From a virus (lineage: Duplodnaviria > Caudoviricetes), in the IMG/VR virus record IMGVR_UViG_3300006133_000004, positions 20,370 to 84,369 of that record: a DNA stretch of 64,000 nt; one strand, written 5' to 3'. The notes beneath the pieces are model-generated. The model worked only from the letters and a program-made list of their open reading frames with translations, was not told the DNA's origin and ran no database searches. How positions within the stretch are numbered: position 1 is the first letter of the stretch; the number at the start of each line of letters is the position of its first letter. The translations under genes were made by a program, and so were the position numbers. Of the stretch, positions 17,614-27,971 are shown piece by piece.

Positions 17614-18134
17614 AACTAAACTCTGATACGCTGCTCAGCTTCGGCGTATTTGGTCTTGGCCTTGTTGCCATTGGGTATACGATTGGTGTCCATTCTCGTA
17701 TGAAGGCTGTGGCCGACAAACTGGACACCAGCATTGACAAAATTGCCAATGACACCGAGGTCGAAATTCCGTCTAAGCTCATTGAGCAGGCAGTCCAGAA
17801 AGCAGTCGACCGTGAGTCCTATACTGCTGTCCGGCGGGCTACGGATGTCGTGGTGGATGGTCTGAAGAAGGAAATCGGCGACCAGGTATCTACGGCTGTG
17901 AAAGCCAGCTATGACAGCATCGCGGATGGCGTGACCAGTGAGATTGCGAAAAATGTCGCTAAAATCGACGAAGCTCGTCTCAAGAAAGAGGTTGTCGCCA
18001 AAGCAAAGGAGCAGATTGCCGAGAAATTCGACGATAAGCTCGATGATATTTTGGATGAATTCAATGGTAATCTCCAAAATGTTGGTAAAATCTACAAATC
18101 TATTGCCAAATCATTCTCTAAGGAGGAAATTTAA
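17610..18134 (+). CDS. Membrane-anchored coiled-coil protein
   Basis: N-terminal TM; ATGA overlap with upstream gene. Confidence 0.65.
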   Translation: MKLNSDTLLSFGVFGLGLVAIGYTIGVHSRMKAVADKLDTSIDKIANDTEVEIPSKLIEQAVQKAVDRESYTAVRRATDVVVDGLKKEIGDQVSTAVKASYDSIADGVTSEIAKNVAKIDEARLKKEVVAKAKEQIAEKFDDKLDDILDEFNGNLQNVGKIYKSIAKSFSKEEI

Positions 18135-18136
18135 CC

Positions 18137-19099
18137 ATGATGAAAAACGAAATCATGAAGTCTGTGGGCCTGACCTTCAACAAGATCGGCTTCCAGATTC
18201 AGAAGAAGAGCCCCGAGCTCCTGGTCGCTGCCGGTATCGCCGGCGTCGTTGTCAGCGCGGTTATGGCCTGTAAGGCCACTATCAAGGCCAGCGAGGTCGC
18301 CGAGGAGACCAAAGAGACCATTGACGAGATCCACGAGGCCGAGGCCAACGGCATCACCAAGGCCGGCAAGGACTACTCCGCCGAGGACACCAAGAAGGAT
18401 CTTACCACCGCCTACATCCAGACCGGCGTAAAGTACGCCAAGCTTTACGCTCCCGCTGTCATTTTGGGCGCTGCTTCCATCACATGTATTGTTGCCAGCC
18501 ACCGTGTTCTGAAGAAGCGCAATATCGCCCTTGCGGCGGCCTATACGACCTTGGATAAGTCCTTCAAGGACTACCGCGGCCGGGTCATGGAGCGTTTCGG
18601 CGAGCAGGTCGAAAAAGAGATCCGCTACAACATCAAAGCCAAGGAGATCAAGAAGACCGTTGTCGACGAGAACGGCAAGAAGGAGAAAGTCAAAGAGGTG
18701 GTCGACGTACCTGCCGTTGAAGGATGGGACCCCTCTCAGTACAGCCCCTACGCCAGGCGCTTTGATGAGGCCCATCCGCAGTGGACGAAGAACCCTGAAA
18801 TGAACCTCTACTACCTGAAGGCCCGGCAAGCGCAGGCTACCGATATGCTCAAGGCCCGTGGTCACCTGTTCCTCAATGAGGTATATGACATGTTGGGCTT
18901 CCCCCGCACCAAGGCCGGCGCAGTTGTGGGATGGCTGTTTGACCCCAAGCATCCTGAGCTGGGCGACCCCTATGTGGATTTCGGTATGTATGAGATTCAC
19001 GAGGGCGACAGTTTCGAGGACTACCTGAAGTCCTATATTCTTGATTTCAACGTTGTTGGCGACATTACGGACGATATCGCCGACCATCAGCATATTTGA
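18137..19099 (+). CDS. DUF6353-like protein, paralog 4
   Basis: KKSPELLVAAGIAGV...ACKAT...RGHLFLNEVYDMLG. Confidence 0.72.
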   Translation: MMKNEIMKSVGLTFNKIGFQIQKKSPELLVAAGIAGVVVSAVMACKATIKASEVAEETKETIDEIHEAEANGITKAGKDYSAEDTKKDLTTAYIQTGVKYAKLYAPAVILGAASITCIVASHRVLKKRNIALAAAYTTLDKSFKDYRGRVMERFGEQVEKEIRYNIKAKEIKKTVVDENGKKEKVKEVVDVPAVEGWDPSQYSPYARRFDEAHPQWTKNPEMNLYYLKARQAQATDMLKARGHLFLNEVYDMLGFPRTKAGAVVGWLFDPKHPELGDPYVDFGMYEIHEGDSFEDYLKSYILDFNVVGDITDDIADHQHI

Positions 19100-19110
19100 G
19101 GTGTGGGCCA

Positions 19111-19757
19111 ATGAAGAAATTTGTACTTCTCCTACTGATCGCCGCAATGGTGATTGTTGGGGATTCCTATGCGGCTGGGCCAGTAATCGTATCCAAAAAT
19201 GACAGAGCCGTTGTTCAGCTGAAGAACGCGGCTCTTCTTTCGTCTTTTGTGAAATGCACCCCCCCGGCGAGGAAATCAAGACCATCGTTGAATTGGCACA
19301 ACCCCCTGCCGAGAACGAACCGAAGGCAAAGCCGGTAGTTGAGCAAAGTCACTATTGCGACAGCATCCCGCTTACCTTTGAGGAACAGGGTTGGCTTCGA
19401 GCGGCCTGCGAAGAGTTCAACATTCCTTATGCCCTGGCGCTGGGTCTCATTGAGAAAGAGACCGAATTCCGAAATCTCATCGGGGATGACGGTGCTTCTA
19501 CCGGCTATATGCAGATTCAGAAAAAGTGGCATTGGGACAGAATGGAACGTCTCGGTGTTACAGATCTGGTGGAGCCGAGCGGTAACTTCAGAGTAGGATG
19601 CGACTTTCTGGCCGAGCTCTATGCAAAGTACAACGACTGGAGTCTGGCTCTAACCGTCTACAACCGTGGGCATAATCCTGGCTACATCACTGATTATGCC
19701 AAAGAGGTCATGGGAAACTATGCTCATTGGCAAGAGATCGTCGAAAATTATATTTAG
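19111..19757 (+). pseudogene. Signal-peptide lytic transglycosylase (SLT), frameshifted at C7 tract 19259-19265
   Basis: MKKFVLLLLIAAM signal peptide in one frame; LALGLIEKETEF...GYMQI...YNRG SLT motifs in another; one extra C fuses them. Confidence 0.65.
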
Positions 19758-19773
19758 AAAGGATGGTATCACC

Positions 19774-20027
19774 ATGAAAAAGTGCTTTAACAGCTTGCTT
19801 TCGTATACCCTGTCCGTCGTCTCCGGCTTGTTCCTCGTTAGCGGCATCGCCGTTCTGTCGGCTGGGAGGTAATGGACATGGAGGGATTTGCGAACCTTGT
19901 GTCCATGATGGACTATGTGGTTGACACAAAACGGAAGCGTCATATCACCGGCGGGCTCCTGATTAGCATGGCTATGCTTTTTGGGGGCCTTGCCATCACG
20001 GTGATGAGCGCTAAAGAGGAGGACTAA
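19774..20027 (+). CDS. Two small membrane proteins (19774-19872 and 19872-20027)
   Basis: Hydrophobic ORFs with overlapping stop/start. Confidence 0.45.
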
Positions 20028-20030
20028 ATT

Positions 20031-20669
20031 ATGGGTAAACTCAATACCGTAATTGCCTTCTTCACAGGAGCTGCTGTTGGCGGTGCGGCCGTTTGGTACA
20101 TAACCAAAGAGCGGTATGCTCAGCTTGCCGAAGAGGAGATCAACTCCGTGAAAGAGGCTTACTCCCATAGGGGAGAGAAAAAAGAGAAAGCCGATGCGGC
20201 CCTGCGGCGGTATCAGGGAGAGGGCGAAGAGGAGCCCAAGACTCCTGTTGTGACTACTAAAGTCACTGAAAAAGAGAGCATCTCCGAATACGCCAAGAGG
20301 GTTCAAAATGGGGCTCCGATGGAGTATTCCAAAACAGTCGTACCACCCAAGGCTATGGAGCCGGAGAAACCCGCTCCCCCCGTCACCTCGGGTGATGTCC
20401 CCTATGTTATTTCACCTGAGGAGTTTGACGAACTTGAAGGCTACACTCCGATCAGCCTGACTTACTTCGCCGATGGCGTATTGGCAGATGAGAACGGTGT
20501 TATTGTCGATGATGTGGAAGAGATTATTGGCGATGCACTGGAACATTTCGGCGAGTACGAGGAAGACGCAGTCTTCGCTCGAAACGACGCAAAACGATGC
20601 GACTATGAAATTCTGAAAGACGAACGCACATATGCGGAGTTTCGGAAAACTCTTCCGACCAACATCTAA
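20031..20669 (+). CDS. Membrane-anchored hypothetical protein
   Basis: N-terminal TM; acidic C-terminus. Confidence 0.7.
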   Translation: MGKLNTVIAFFTGAAVGGAAVWYITKERYAQLAEEEINSVKEAYSHRGEKKEKADAALRRYQGEGEEEPKTPVVTTKVTEKESISEYAKRVQNGAPMEYSKTVVPPKAMEPEKPAPPVTSGDVPYVISPEEFDELEGYTPISLTYFADGVLADENGVIVDDVEEIIGDALEHFGEYEEDAVFARNDAKRCDYEILKDERTYAEFRKTLPTNI

Positions 20670-20687
20670 AAGAAGGAGGTTCAACCT

Positions 20688-21242
20688 TTGACCAGAAACG
20701 AGCTTATCGATCAATATTTTGATTGGATGTATCAGCTCGTGGTCGACAACCGATATTCTAAGTCCTATCGTAAGCTGTTTGCCAGGCTGCACGATACGGA
20801 ATTCACATACACGATTCCGATGGACGGCAACCGGGCCGAAGACGGCATCGACCTTAGATATCGGTTCGGTCGCGAGTATTCCTATCCGGACGCTATGATT
20901 GCGTCATATTTGGATGACCGTCCGTGCAGCATTCTGGAGATGATGACGGCCCTTGCGATTCGTTGCGAAGAGCACATCATGGATGACCCCGACATTGGCA
21001 ACCGTACCGGACAATGGTTCTGGAGTATGTTGGTCAATCTTGGACTCGGTTCCATGTATGATGCTAAGTTTGACAGATACCGTGTTGACAGGATTCTTGA
21101 ACGACTCCTGGATCGCGAGTACGGACGTAATGGCAAGGGTGGTCTCTTTACCGTCAACAACGGCCGAGATATGCGGACAACGGAAATCTGGTATCAGATG
21201 AACTATTACCTCAGTGAGGTTATTAGAGAAGGGAACACTTAA
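20688..21242 (+). CDS. Conserved phage hypothetical protein
   Basis: TTG start after AAGGAGG. Confidence 0.65.
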   Translation: MTRNELIDQYFDWMYQLVVDNRYSKSYRKLFARLHDTEFTYTIPMDGNRAEDGIDLRYRFGREYSYPDAMIASYLDDRPCSILEMMTALAIRCEEHIMDDPDIGNRTGQWFWSMLVNLGLGSMYDAKFDRYRVDRILERLLDREYGRNGKGGLFTVNNGRDMRTTEIWYQMNYYLSEVIREGNT

Positions 21243-21243
21243 C

Positions 21244-21813
21244 ATGAAGAAAATTCCTACACTCTTTGAGCGTGTGTATGAAAACCACAAAATCGTCGGA
21301 ATAACCGAAGTGGTAACACCGGGTTTCGAGTGGGTGCTTGCCGGCGGTGGTATCAGCACTATCAAATATGATGGTAGCTGTTGTGCTATCATCAACGGCG
21401 AACTCTACAAGCGTTATGATGCCAAGAAAGGCAAAAAACCTCCAGTTGGAGCGATTCCTTGTTGTGCCCCGGATTCCGTGACGGGTCACTGGCCCCATTG
21501 GGTAAAGTGCGATCGGAACAATCCGTCTGACAAATGGTTCTGGGCGGCGTATGATGCGTCTCCCTTGGCCAGAATGGATGGAACCTATGAGGCCATAGGT
21601 GTTCACTTCCAAGGAAATCCTTATCAGCAGCAGGTCGACTTACTCTATCCTCATGGCGTGGATATCTGCGAGGTGGACCGGAGCTTTGAGGGTATCCGGG
21701 CTTATCTGGAAAGTCACAACATCGAAGGAATTGTGTTTTGGCTTGATAATGAGCCTCAGTGTAAAATTAAAAGAAGCGATTTTGGCTTTAGTTGGCCGGC
21801 GAAAGGAGACTAA
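21244..21813 (+). CDS. RNA-ligase-like nucleotidyltransferase (DUF5565-like)
   Basis: Motif I IKYDG, motif III YEAIG, motif IV EGIVF, motif V CKIK. Confidence 0.65.
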   Translation: MKKIPTLFERVYENHKIVGITEVVTPGFEWVLAGGGISTIKYDGSCCAIINGELYKRYDAKKGKKPPVGAIPCCAPDSVTGHWPHWVKCDRNNPSDKWFWAAYDASPLARMDGTYEAIGVHFQGNPYQQQVDLLYPHGVDICEVDRSFEGIRAYLESHNIEGIVFWLDNEPQCKIKRSDFGFSWPAKGD

Positions 21814-21820
21814 GCTTAAC

Positions 21821-22069
21821 ATGGCAAAGAAGAAAAATATCGTCCCCATCAACTCTATGCGGGACCTGGTTGACTTGGTCAATCACAACTCCCAGGTTCT
21901 CGATCGGCGGACCAAAAAGCTGGTTAAGAGCGCCCGGAATATGAAGATTCTGTACTTCATCGCGGTAGGCTATGCCATTTACACCGCCATCGAATGCCGG
22001 AAACAGGAAGAGCAGCTCTATCAGCTTTCCATCAAGGTGAAGAAGCTGGAGCACAACGAAGGGGAGTAA
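21821..22069 (+). CDS. Small TM protein
   Basis: RBS GAAAGGAG. Confidence 0.55.
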   Translation: MAKKKNIVPINSMRDLVDLVNHNSQVLDRRTKKLVKSARNMKILYFIAVGYAIYTAIECRKQEEQLYQLSIKVKKLEHNEGE

Positions 22070-22077
22070 GCGATCCA

Positions 22078-25000
22078 ATGTTAGACTTCTTGATGATATC
22101 CACGCGCCCAGGTAAGCGCGGCATCATCGAGATCTACCCAAGGTTTATCATCAAAAAAAGCAGCGACCTCATGATAAGAGGCGGAGACTTCTACGCTGTT
22201 TGGGTCGATGACCGTGGGTTATGGTCGACCGATGAACAAGATGCGGTTGACTTGATCGACCGCGAATTAGACCAATATGCTGAGGAGAACCGCCAGCGCT
22301 TTGACAACAACATTCGTGTCCTCCATATGTGGGATGCTGAGACTGGCATGATCGATTCATGGCATAAATACTGTCAGAAACAGATGAAAGACCAGTTTCA
22401 TATGCTCGATGAAGAACTGATATTTGCCAACACCAAGACCGGAAAGCGAGATTATGCCAGTAAGTCTTTGAGTTATCCTCTGGAACCTGGAGAGACACCG
22501 GCATGGGAGAAACTCATTAGCACTTTATATTCTCCAGAGGAGCGGCACAAGATCGAATGGTGTATTGGTTCTATCGTAACCGGCGCTTCCAAGAGGCTGC
22601 AAAAGTTCATGGTGTTCTACGGAGCCGTTGGTACCGGTAAAAGTACCATCATCAATGTCATCCAGCAACTCTTCGATGGGTACTACACCAGCTTCAATGC
22701 CAAAGATCTTGGCTCCTCCAGCAATGCTTTCGCATTGGAGGCGTTTCGTTCAAACCCGCTGGTGGCGATTCAGCACGACGGGGACCTCTCACGCATTGAG
22801 GACAATACCCGCATCAATAGTTTGGTGTCTCACGAGCTGATGACCGTCAATGAGAAGTTTCGGTCCGCCTACTCAAACCGATTCAAGGCGTTCCTTATCA
22901 TGGGTACAAACAAGCCCGTAAAGATTACGGACGCCAAGTCAGGCATCATCCGCAGACTGATTGACGTGTCCCCTACGGGGGATAAGGTTCCGCCAGGAGA
23001 GTATCGCACGCTCACCAAGCAAATTCCTTTTGAGCTCGGCGGCATCGCCTATCACTGTCAGGAAGTATATTTGGAAGACCCTGATTATTACGATGACTAC
23101 ATCCCTATCTCGATGCTCGGAGCCTCTAACGACTTCTACAACTTCGTTGTGGACTCCTACCATGTGTTCAAACGGGAAGATGGTGTTTCTCTGAAATCCG
23201 CTTGGGAAATGTATAAAACCTATTGCGACGATGCGAAGGTTCTGTATCCCTTGTCTCGAATGATATTTAAGGAGGAGTTGCGAAACTACTTCCGAGAATA
23301 CGAGGAGCGATTCAACATGGAGGATGGAACTCGTGTGCGGAGCTACTATCACGGGTTTCGGACAGAAAAGTTTGAGGAACCTGCTTCAGACGAAAAGGAG
23401 GGAGCTGCAAGTGCGCGAAACACTGATTGTCAACCAACTATTGAGTTCGCGGAAGGTGTTTCCTCCGTCTTTGATGCTTGTTGTATGGACTGCCCTGCTC
23501 AATACGCAGGAGAAGAGGGAACACCGCAGCGAAAATGGGAGCGTGTGCGCACAAAACTCTCGCAGCTTGATACCTCGAAGCTCCACTATGTAAAGCTGCC
23601 GGAGAATCACATCGTCATCGACTTTGATATTCCGGACGAACAAGGCAATAAGTCCTTTGAACGGAATTTGGCCGAGGCGAGCAAGTGGCCGGCGACTTAT
23701 GCAGAGGTGAGCAAAAGCGGCTGTGGCATCCACCTGCACTACATCTATTCCGGAGATGCAACAAGGCTTAGCCGGATTTATGACGACCATATCGAGATAA
23801 AGGTCTTCACCGGTAATAGCTCGCTGCGCCGGAAGCTTTCCAAATGCAACAACCTGCCTATCGCTACGATAAGCTCTGGATTACCGTTGAAAGGAGAAAA
23901 CAACGTGGTAAATGCCAAAGTGGTTCAAAGCGAGAAAGGGCTTAGACTCCAGATCAAGCGCAATCTCAACAAAGAGATCCATCCAGCTACTAAGCCCAGT
24001 ATCGACTTTATCTACAAAATCCTGACGGATGCGTATGAAAGCGGCATGACCTACGATGTCACTGATATGCGCAATGCTGTCCTGGCTTTCGCGGCCAACA
24101 GCAGCAATCAGGCGGAATACTGCATCAAGCTGGTGAACAAGATGCCGTTTAAGTCCGCCGAAGATGGCCCTGCGGTGAAGAACGACGAGGCAAAGCTTGT
24201 CTTCTATGATGTGGAGGTGTTCCCGAACCTATTCTTGGTGAACTGGAAAATTGAGGGCCCCACACAACCCGTCGTGAGAATGATTAACCCGAAGCCCCAA
24301 GAAATTGAGGAGTTGATGAAGTTCCGCCTTGTCGGGTTCAACTGCCGCCGGTATGATAACCATATCCTCTATGCTCGCCTGATGGGTTACACGGAGGAGC
24401 AGCTCTACAATCTGTCCCAGAAGATCATCAGCAGCGAGAAGAAAGCCAAGAGCAACAACTGCTTCTTCGGTGAGGCCTATAACGTATCTTATACGGACGT
24501 TTATGACTTCTGCTCCAAGAAACAGAGCCTGAAGAAGTGGGAAATTGAGCTCGGCATTCACCATCAGGAGCTGGGCCTTCCCTGGGATCAACCGGTTCCC
24601 GAGCATCTGTGGCAGAAGGTTGCAGAATATTGCGACAACGATGTCATTGCAACTGAGGCGGTGTTCAATGCTCGTAAGGCCGACTTTGTGGCTCGTGAGA
24701 TCCTGGCAGACGTAGCCGGCATGACAGTTAATGACACCACCAACACCTTGACTACCAAAATTATATTTGGCGGCAACAAGAAACCTCAGGATCAGTTCAA
24801 CTACCGTGACATGGGCGATACGAACCAGATTTATGATCCAGACCGAGACCTGCCTTTCGAGATGGGCCCGAAAGAGTTCGACGAGTTCACGGCTTTCGAC
24901 AAGAAGGGCCGTCCTATCTTCCCGGGCTACAAGTTCGAGAATGGTAAGTCCATTTATCGCGGTGAGGAAGTTGGCGAAGGCGGATACGTCTATGCCGAGC

Positions 25001-26226
25001 CTGGTATGTATGGCAACATTGCTCTGCTGGACATCGCCAGTATGCACCCGTCGAGCATCATTGCCGAAGTCCTGTTTGGTCCTGAATTCACTAAACGGTT
25101 CCAGGAAATCCGTGATGCCCGCGTGGCCATCAAGCATAAGGACTTCGAGAAAGCGAAGAAGATGCTGAATGGTGCGTTGGCGAAGTACCTGACGGATGAA
25201 GGAGCAGCTACTGACTTGGCTCAGGCTCTGAAAATCGCCATCAACTCGGTGTATGGACTGACCTCAGCCAGTTTCGAGAATCCCTTCCGGGACAACCGGA
25301 ACAAAGACAATATCGTTGCCAAGCGCGGAGCCCTGTTCATGGTCAACCTCAAGCATGAGGTCCAGAAACGGGGCTTTACTGTTGCCCACATCAAGACCGA
25401 CTCCATCAAGATCCCCGATGCTACTCCGGAAATCATCAAGTTCGTCATGGACTACGGCGAGAAGTACGGCTACACCTTTGAGCATGAGGCTACTTATGAC
25501 CGGATGTGCTTGGTGAACAACGCCGTCTATATCGCCAAGTATAAGGATGGTAAGCACGCCGGCGAGTGGACGGCCACAGGGACTCAGTTTCAGATTCCGT
25601 ATGTGTTCAAGAAACTGTTCAGCCGTGAGGCGATCACCTTCGAGGATATGTGCGAGACCAAGAGCGTGACCAGTGCTCTCTATCTGGACATGAATGAGGA
25701 TTTGCCTGACGTTTCTGAGTATGAGAAAGAAGCTGGCATCCGTGTCAAGATTGCCAACTGGGATTACAACAGAGACGGACGTACACCGCCGAATCAAATC
25801 ATGCCTGATATTTCAGATGAGGAGCTGGCGACCAAGATCGCTGACGGCCACAGTTATACCTTTATTGGAAAGGTTGGGCAGTTCTGTCCGATCAAGCCTG
25901 GCTGCAATGGCGGCTTGCTGCTGCGGGAAGTCATTGACAAGAAGACTGGCGCAAAGAGCTATGCTGCGGCCACCGGGGCGAAAGGCTACCGTTGGCTGGA
26001 GTCCGAGATGGTCAAACAACTGGAGAAAGAGGACGGCATCGACCGAGGCTATTATGATGCTATGGTCGACGAAGCGGTTCATGATATTTCTCAGTATGGC
26101 GACTTCGAGTGGTTCGTGTCTGATGACCCCTATGTTCAGCCGAACCCTTCGGACGATATTCCGCCTTGGGAGACCCCCGGTGAACCTTGGCAGGCTGAAC
26201 CGGCAACGGCGTTTGACGTGCGATGA
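22078..26226 (+). CDS. SF3 helicase - AEP primase - 3'-5' exonuclease - family B DNA polymerase fusion
   Basis: Walker A GAVGTGKST; AEP VIDFD...SKSGCGIHLHY; exonuclease FYDVEVF / GFNCRRYD; PolB DIASMHPS, KIAINSVYG, KTDS. Confidence 0.85.
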   Translation: MLDFLMISTRPGKRGIIEIYPRFIIKKSSDLMIRGGDFYAVWVDDRGLWSTDEQDAVDLIDRELDQYAEENRQRFDNNIRVLHMWDAETGMIDSWHKYCQKQMKDQFHMLDEELIFANTKTGKRDYASKSLSYPLEPGETPAWEKLISTLYSPEERHKIEWCIGSIVTGASKRLQKFMVFYGAVGTGKSTIINVIQQLFDGYYTSFNAKDLGSSSNAFALEAFRSNPLVAIQHDGDLSRIEDNTRINSLVSHELMTVNEKFRSAYSNRFKAFLIMGTNKPVKITDAKSGIIRRLIDVSPTGDKVPPGEYRTLTKQIPFELGGIAYHCQEVYLEDPDYYDDYIPISMLGASNDFYNFVVDSYHVFKREDGVSLKSAWEMYKTYCDDAKVLYPLSRMIFKEELRNYFREYEERFNMEDGTRVRSYYHGFRTEKFEEPASDEKEGAASARNTDCQPTIEFAEGVSSVFDACCMDCPAQYAGEEGTPQRKWERVRTKLSQLDTSKLHYVKLPENHIVIDFDIPDEQGNKSFERNLAEASKWPATYAEVSKSGCGIHLHYIYSGDATRLSRIYDDHIEIKVFTGNSSLRRKLSKCNNLPIATISSGLPLKGENNVVNAKVVQSEKGLRLQIKRNLNKEIHPATKPSIDFIYKILTDAYESGMTYDVTDMRNAVLAFAANSSNQAEYCIKLVNKMPFKSAEDGPAVKNDEAKLVFYDVEVFPNLFLVNWKIEGPTQPVVRMINPKPQEIEELMKFRLVGFNCRRYDNHILYARLMGYTEEQLYNLSQKIISSEKKAKSNNCFFGEAYNVSYTDVYDFCSKKQSLKKWEIELGIHHQELGLPWDQPVPEHLWQKVAEYCDNDVIATEAVFNARKADFVAREILADVAGMTVNDTTNTLTTKIIFGGNKKPQDQFNYRDMGDTNQIYDPDRDLPFEMGPKEFDEFTAFDKKGRPIFPGYKFENGKSIYRGEEVGEGGYVYAEPGMYGNIALLDIASMHPSSIIAEVLFGPEFTKRFQEIRDARVAIKHKDFEKAKKMLNGALAKYLTDEGAATDLAQALKIAINSVYGLTSASFENPFRDNRNKDNIVAKRGALFMVNLKHEVQKRGFTVAHIKTDSIKIPDATPEIIKFVMDYGEKYGYTFEHEATYDRMCLVNNAVYIAKYKDGKHAGEWTATGTQFQIPYVFKKLFSREAITFEDMCETKSVTSALYLDMNEDLPDVSEYEKEAGIRVKIANWDYNRDGRTPPNQIMPDISDEELATKIADGHSYTFIGKVGQFCPIKPGCNGGLLLREVIDKKTGAKSYAAATGAKGYRWLESEMVKQLEKEDGIDRGYYDAMVDEAVHDISQYGDFEWFVSDDPYVQPNPSDDIPPWETPGEPWQAEPATAFDVR

Positions 26227-26306
26227 CACGCCAAAACAACAATCCATGTGACGGAGAGGATGCCATAATCGGCGTCCTCTTTATATTTTGAAAGGAGAAA
26301 ACAGAT

Positions 26307-26507
26307 ATGAGCAAGTTTGTTCAGTTCCTCGCGAAAGGCATCATCTATGACCGGGACAAGAAGGGCCGTCCTTGCGGTGTGAAGTGCACCATCAAGGGGG
26401 GGGGCGTAACGCTCGGCAACGCTAACCTGATGGGTAAGGTCTTCATGCAGTGCCCGGATCTGCTGCCTTGCGACTGGGTGGAGGTTGAGACCTGCCCCAT
26501 CGGGTAA
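26307..26507 (+). CDS. Hypothetical protein
   Basis: RBS GAAAGGAG. Confidence 0.55.
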   Translation: MSKFVQFLAKGIIYDRDKKGRPCGVKCTIKGGGVTLGNANLMGKVFMQCPDLLPCDWVEVETCPIG

Positions 26508-26543
26508 TTCAACTATCAACAATCATCGAAAGGAGTTTTTCAC

Positions 26544-27035
26544 ATGGCTAACCCCAGAGTCACCGAAAACATCAAAATCGAGAACGCGCACATCCTGTTC
26601 CGGAACTTCTCCGGCCGGGAGAGTAAGTACAACCGCGCCGGTCAGCGCAACTTCTGCGTCTACATCGACGACCCTGATCTGGCTCAGCGTCTCATCGACG
26701 ACGGCTGGAACATCCGTGTTCGTGAACCGCGGGAGGAGGGCGAGGCCCCGAGGCACTACCTCCAGGTCGCTGTCAGCTTCGATAACATCCCGCCCACGGT
26801 GTATATGCTCACCAAGCGGAAGAAGGTCAAGCTGGATGAGGAGTCCATCGATACCCTGGACTTTGCCGAGATCCGCAATATCGACCTGACCATCCGTCCC
26901 TATAACTGGATTATCCAGGAGGGCACAAAGAATGAAAAGAGCGGCGTCAAAGCCTATCTGCGGACGATGTACGTCATCATTGATGAGGACGAGTTCGCGG
27001 AGAAGTACGCCGGCGACGAGTATCCCCAGGAGTAA
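26544..27035 (+). CDS. Phage single-stranded DNA-binding protein (putative)
   Basis: ENAHILFRNFSG...KYNRAGQRNF; acidic tail; follows the polymerase. Confidence 0.7.
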   Translation: MANPRVTENIKIENAHILFRNFSGRESKYNRAGQRNFCVYIDDPDLAQRLIDDGWNIRVREPREEGEAPRHYLQVAVSFDNIPPTVYMLTKRKKVKLDEESIDTLDFAEIRNIDLTIRPYNWIIQEGTKNEKSGVKAYLRTMYVIIDEDEFAEKYAGDEYPQE

Positions 27036-27113
27036 GGCATGTGCAGGGGCGCTGGTTAGGAGGTGACTGGCGCTCCTGCTCTTCGCTTTATATTTGAAAG
27101 GAGAAAAGTTCAA

Positions 27114-27482
27114 GTGACCATAGACTATTCACACTGCAACCAAGCCTTTGTTGATGGTTTGTGGGCGTTCTTGGAATACACTGAACCAAATTCATTACGA
27201 ACACAACCAAAAGAGGGCCTGATGGTTCGCAGATGTTTACAGAAGGGAGACTTTGAAAAGCGTTGCATTCAAAGATGGGCTATCTCCGAATTGGCGGACT
27301 CGATCATTAAAAATCCATACGAACCCGTTGAAGACACAACTTACAAGCTCGCATTAAAGCTGTATTCTTTTGAAAAAGCGGCTATTAGCGAGAATGTAAA
27401 AAAGGTATTCCGCACTGCAGCAGAATTTATCGACAATGAGGTTATCGGAATTTTTAGAACGAGGGAGGGAATATACCCATGA
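27114..27482 (+). CDS. Hypothetical protein, paralog of 13727 and 15328
   Basis: WAISELADSIIKNPYEPVEDTTYKLA. Confidence 0.55.
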   Translation: MTIDYSHCNQAFVDGLWAFLEYTEPNSLRTQPKEGLMVRRCLQKGDFEKRCIQRWAISELADSIIKNPYEPVEDTTYKLALKLYSFEKAAISENVKKVFRTAAEFIDNEVIGIFRTREGIYP

Positions 27483-27958
27483 AGAAATCTTTCTGGCGAC
27501 ATTTTCAGCTCCCAAGAAAACGCAAACCAAAACCCAAGGCAGAATTGGTGGTGTATAAGCCACCTAAAAAGCACATGACGGAACCTGACCGTTGGAAGCC
27601 GCCATTTGCAACGACCAAGGAGGCTCCGCCTCTCAAAGTTGAGAATCAGGACTTAATTGTTCTGAACGAAACGATAGGATTTGACCTTGGCAAGGTTACG
27701 GCGACAGTCGGCATTATGCTGCAAGCGAGAATGGACTATACCTTTCAGCTGTTTGTAGACGAATGCCTCGAACGTTTTAAGGCGCAGGATTGGGGCGGCG
27801 TAAACGAAAAAGAAAGGCGGTTGAATGACCTCAGAGTCACAGCACGGACTGGGACTATTTGCGGCATCTACACTGAACTCGGCTCTGGAGTGCAAATCTG
27901 GATCGCAACTGACTTGGATCAGGGTATCACAAGGATTTGTCTCTCTGACGAACGCTGA
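27479..27958 (+). CDS. Hypothetical protein
   Basis: ORF track; ATGA overlap. Confidence 0.55.
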   Translation: MKKSFWRHFQLPRKRKPKPKAELVVYKPPKKHMTEPDRWKPPFATTKEAPPLKVENQDLIVLNETIGFDLGKVTATVGIMLQARMDYTFQLFVDECLERFKAQDWGGVNEKERRLNDLRVTARTGTICGIYTELGSGVQIWIATDLDQGITRICLSDER

Positions 27959-27971
27959 AAGAGGTGTGGTT

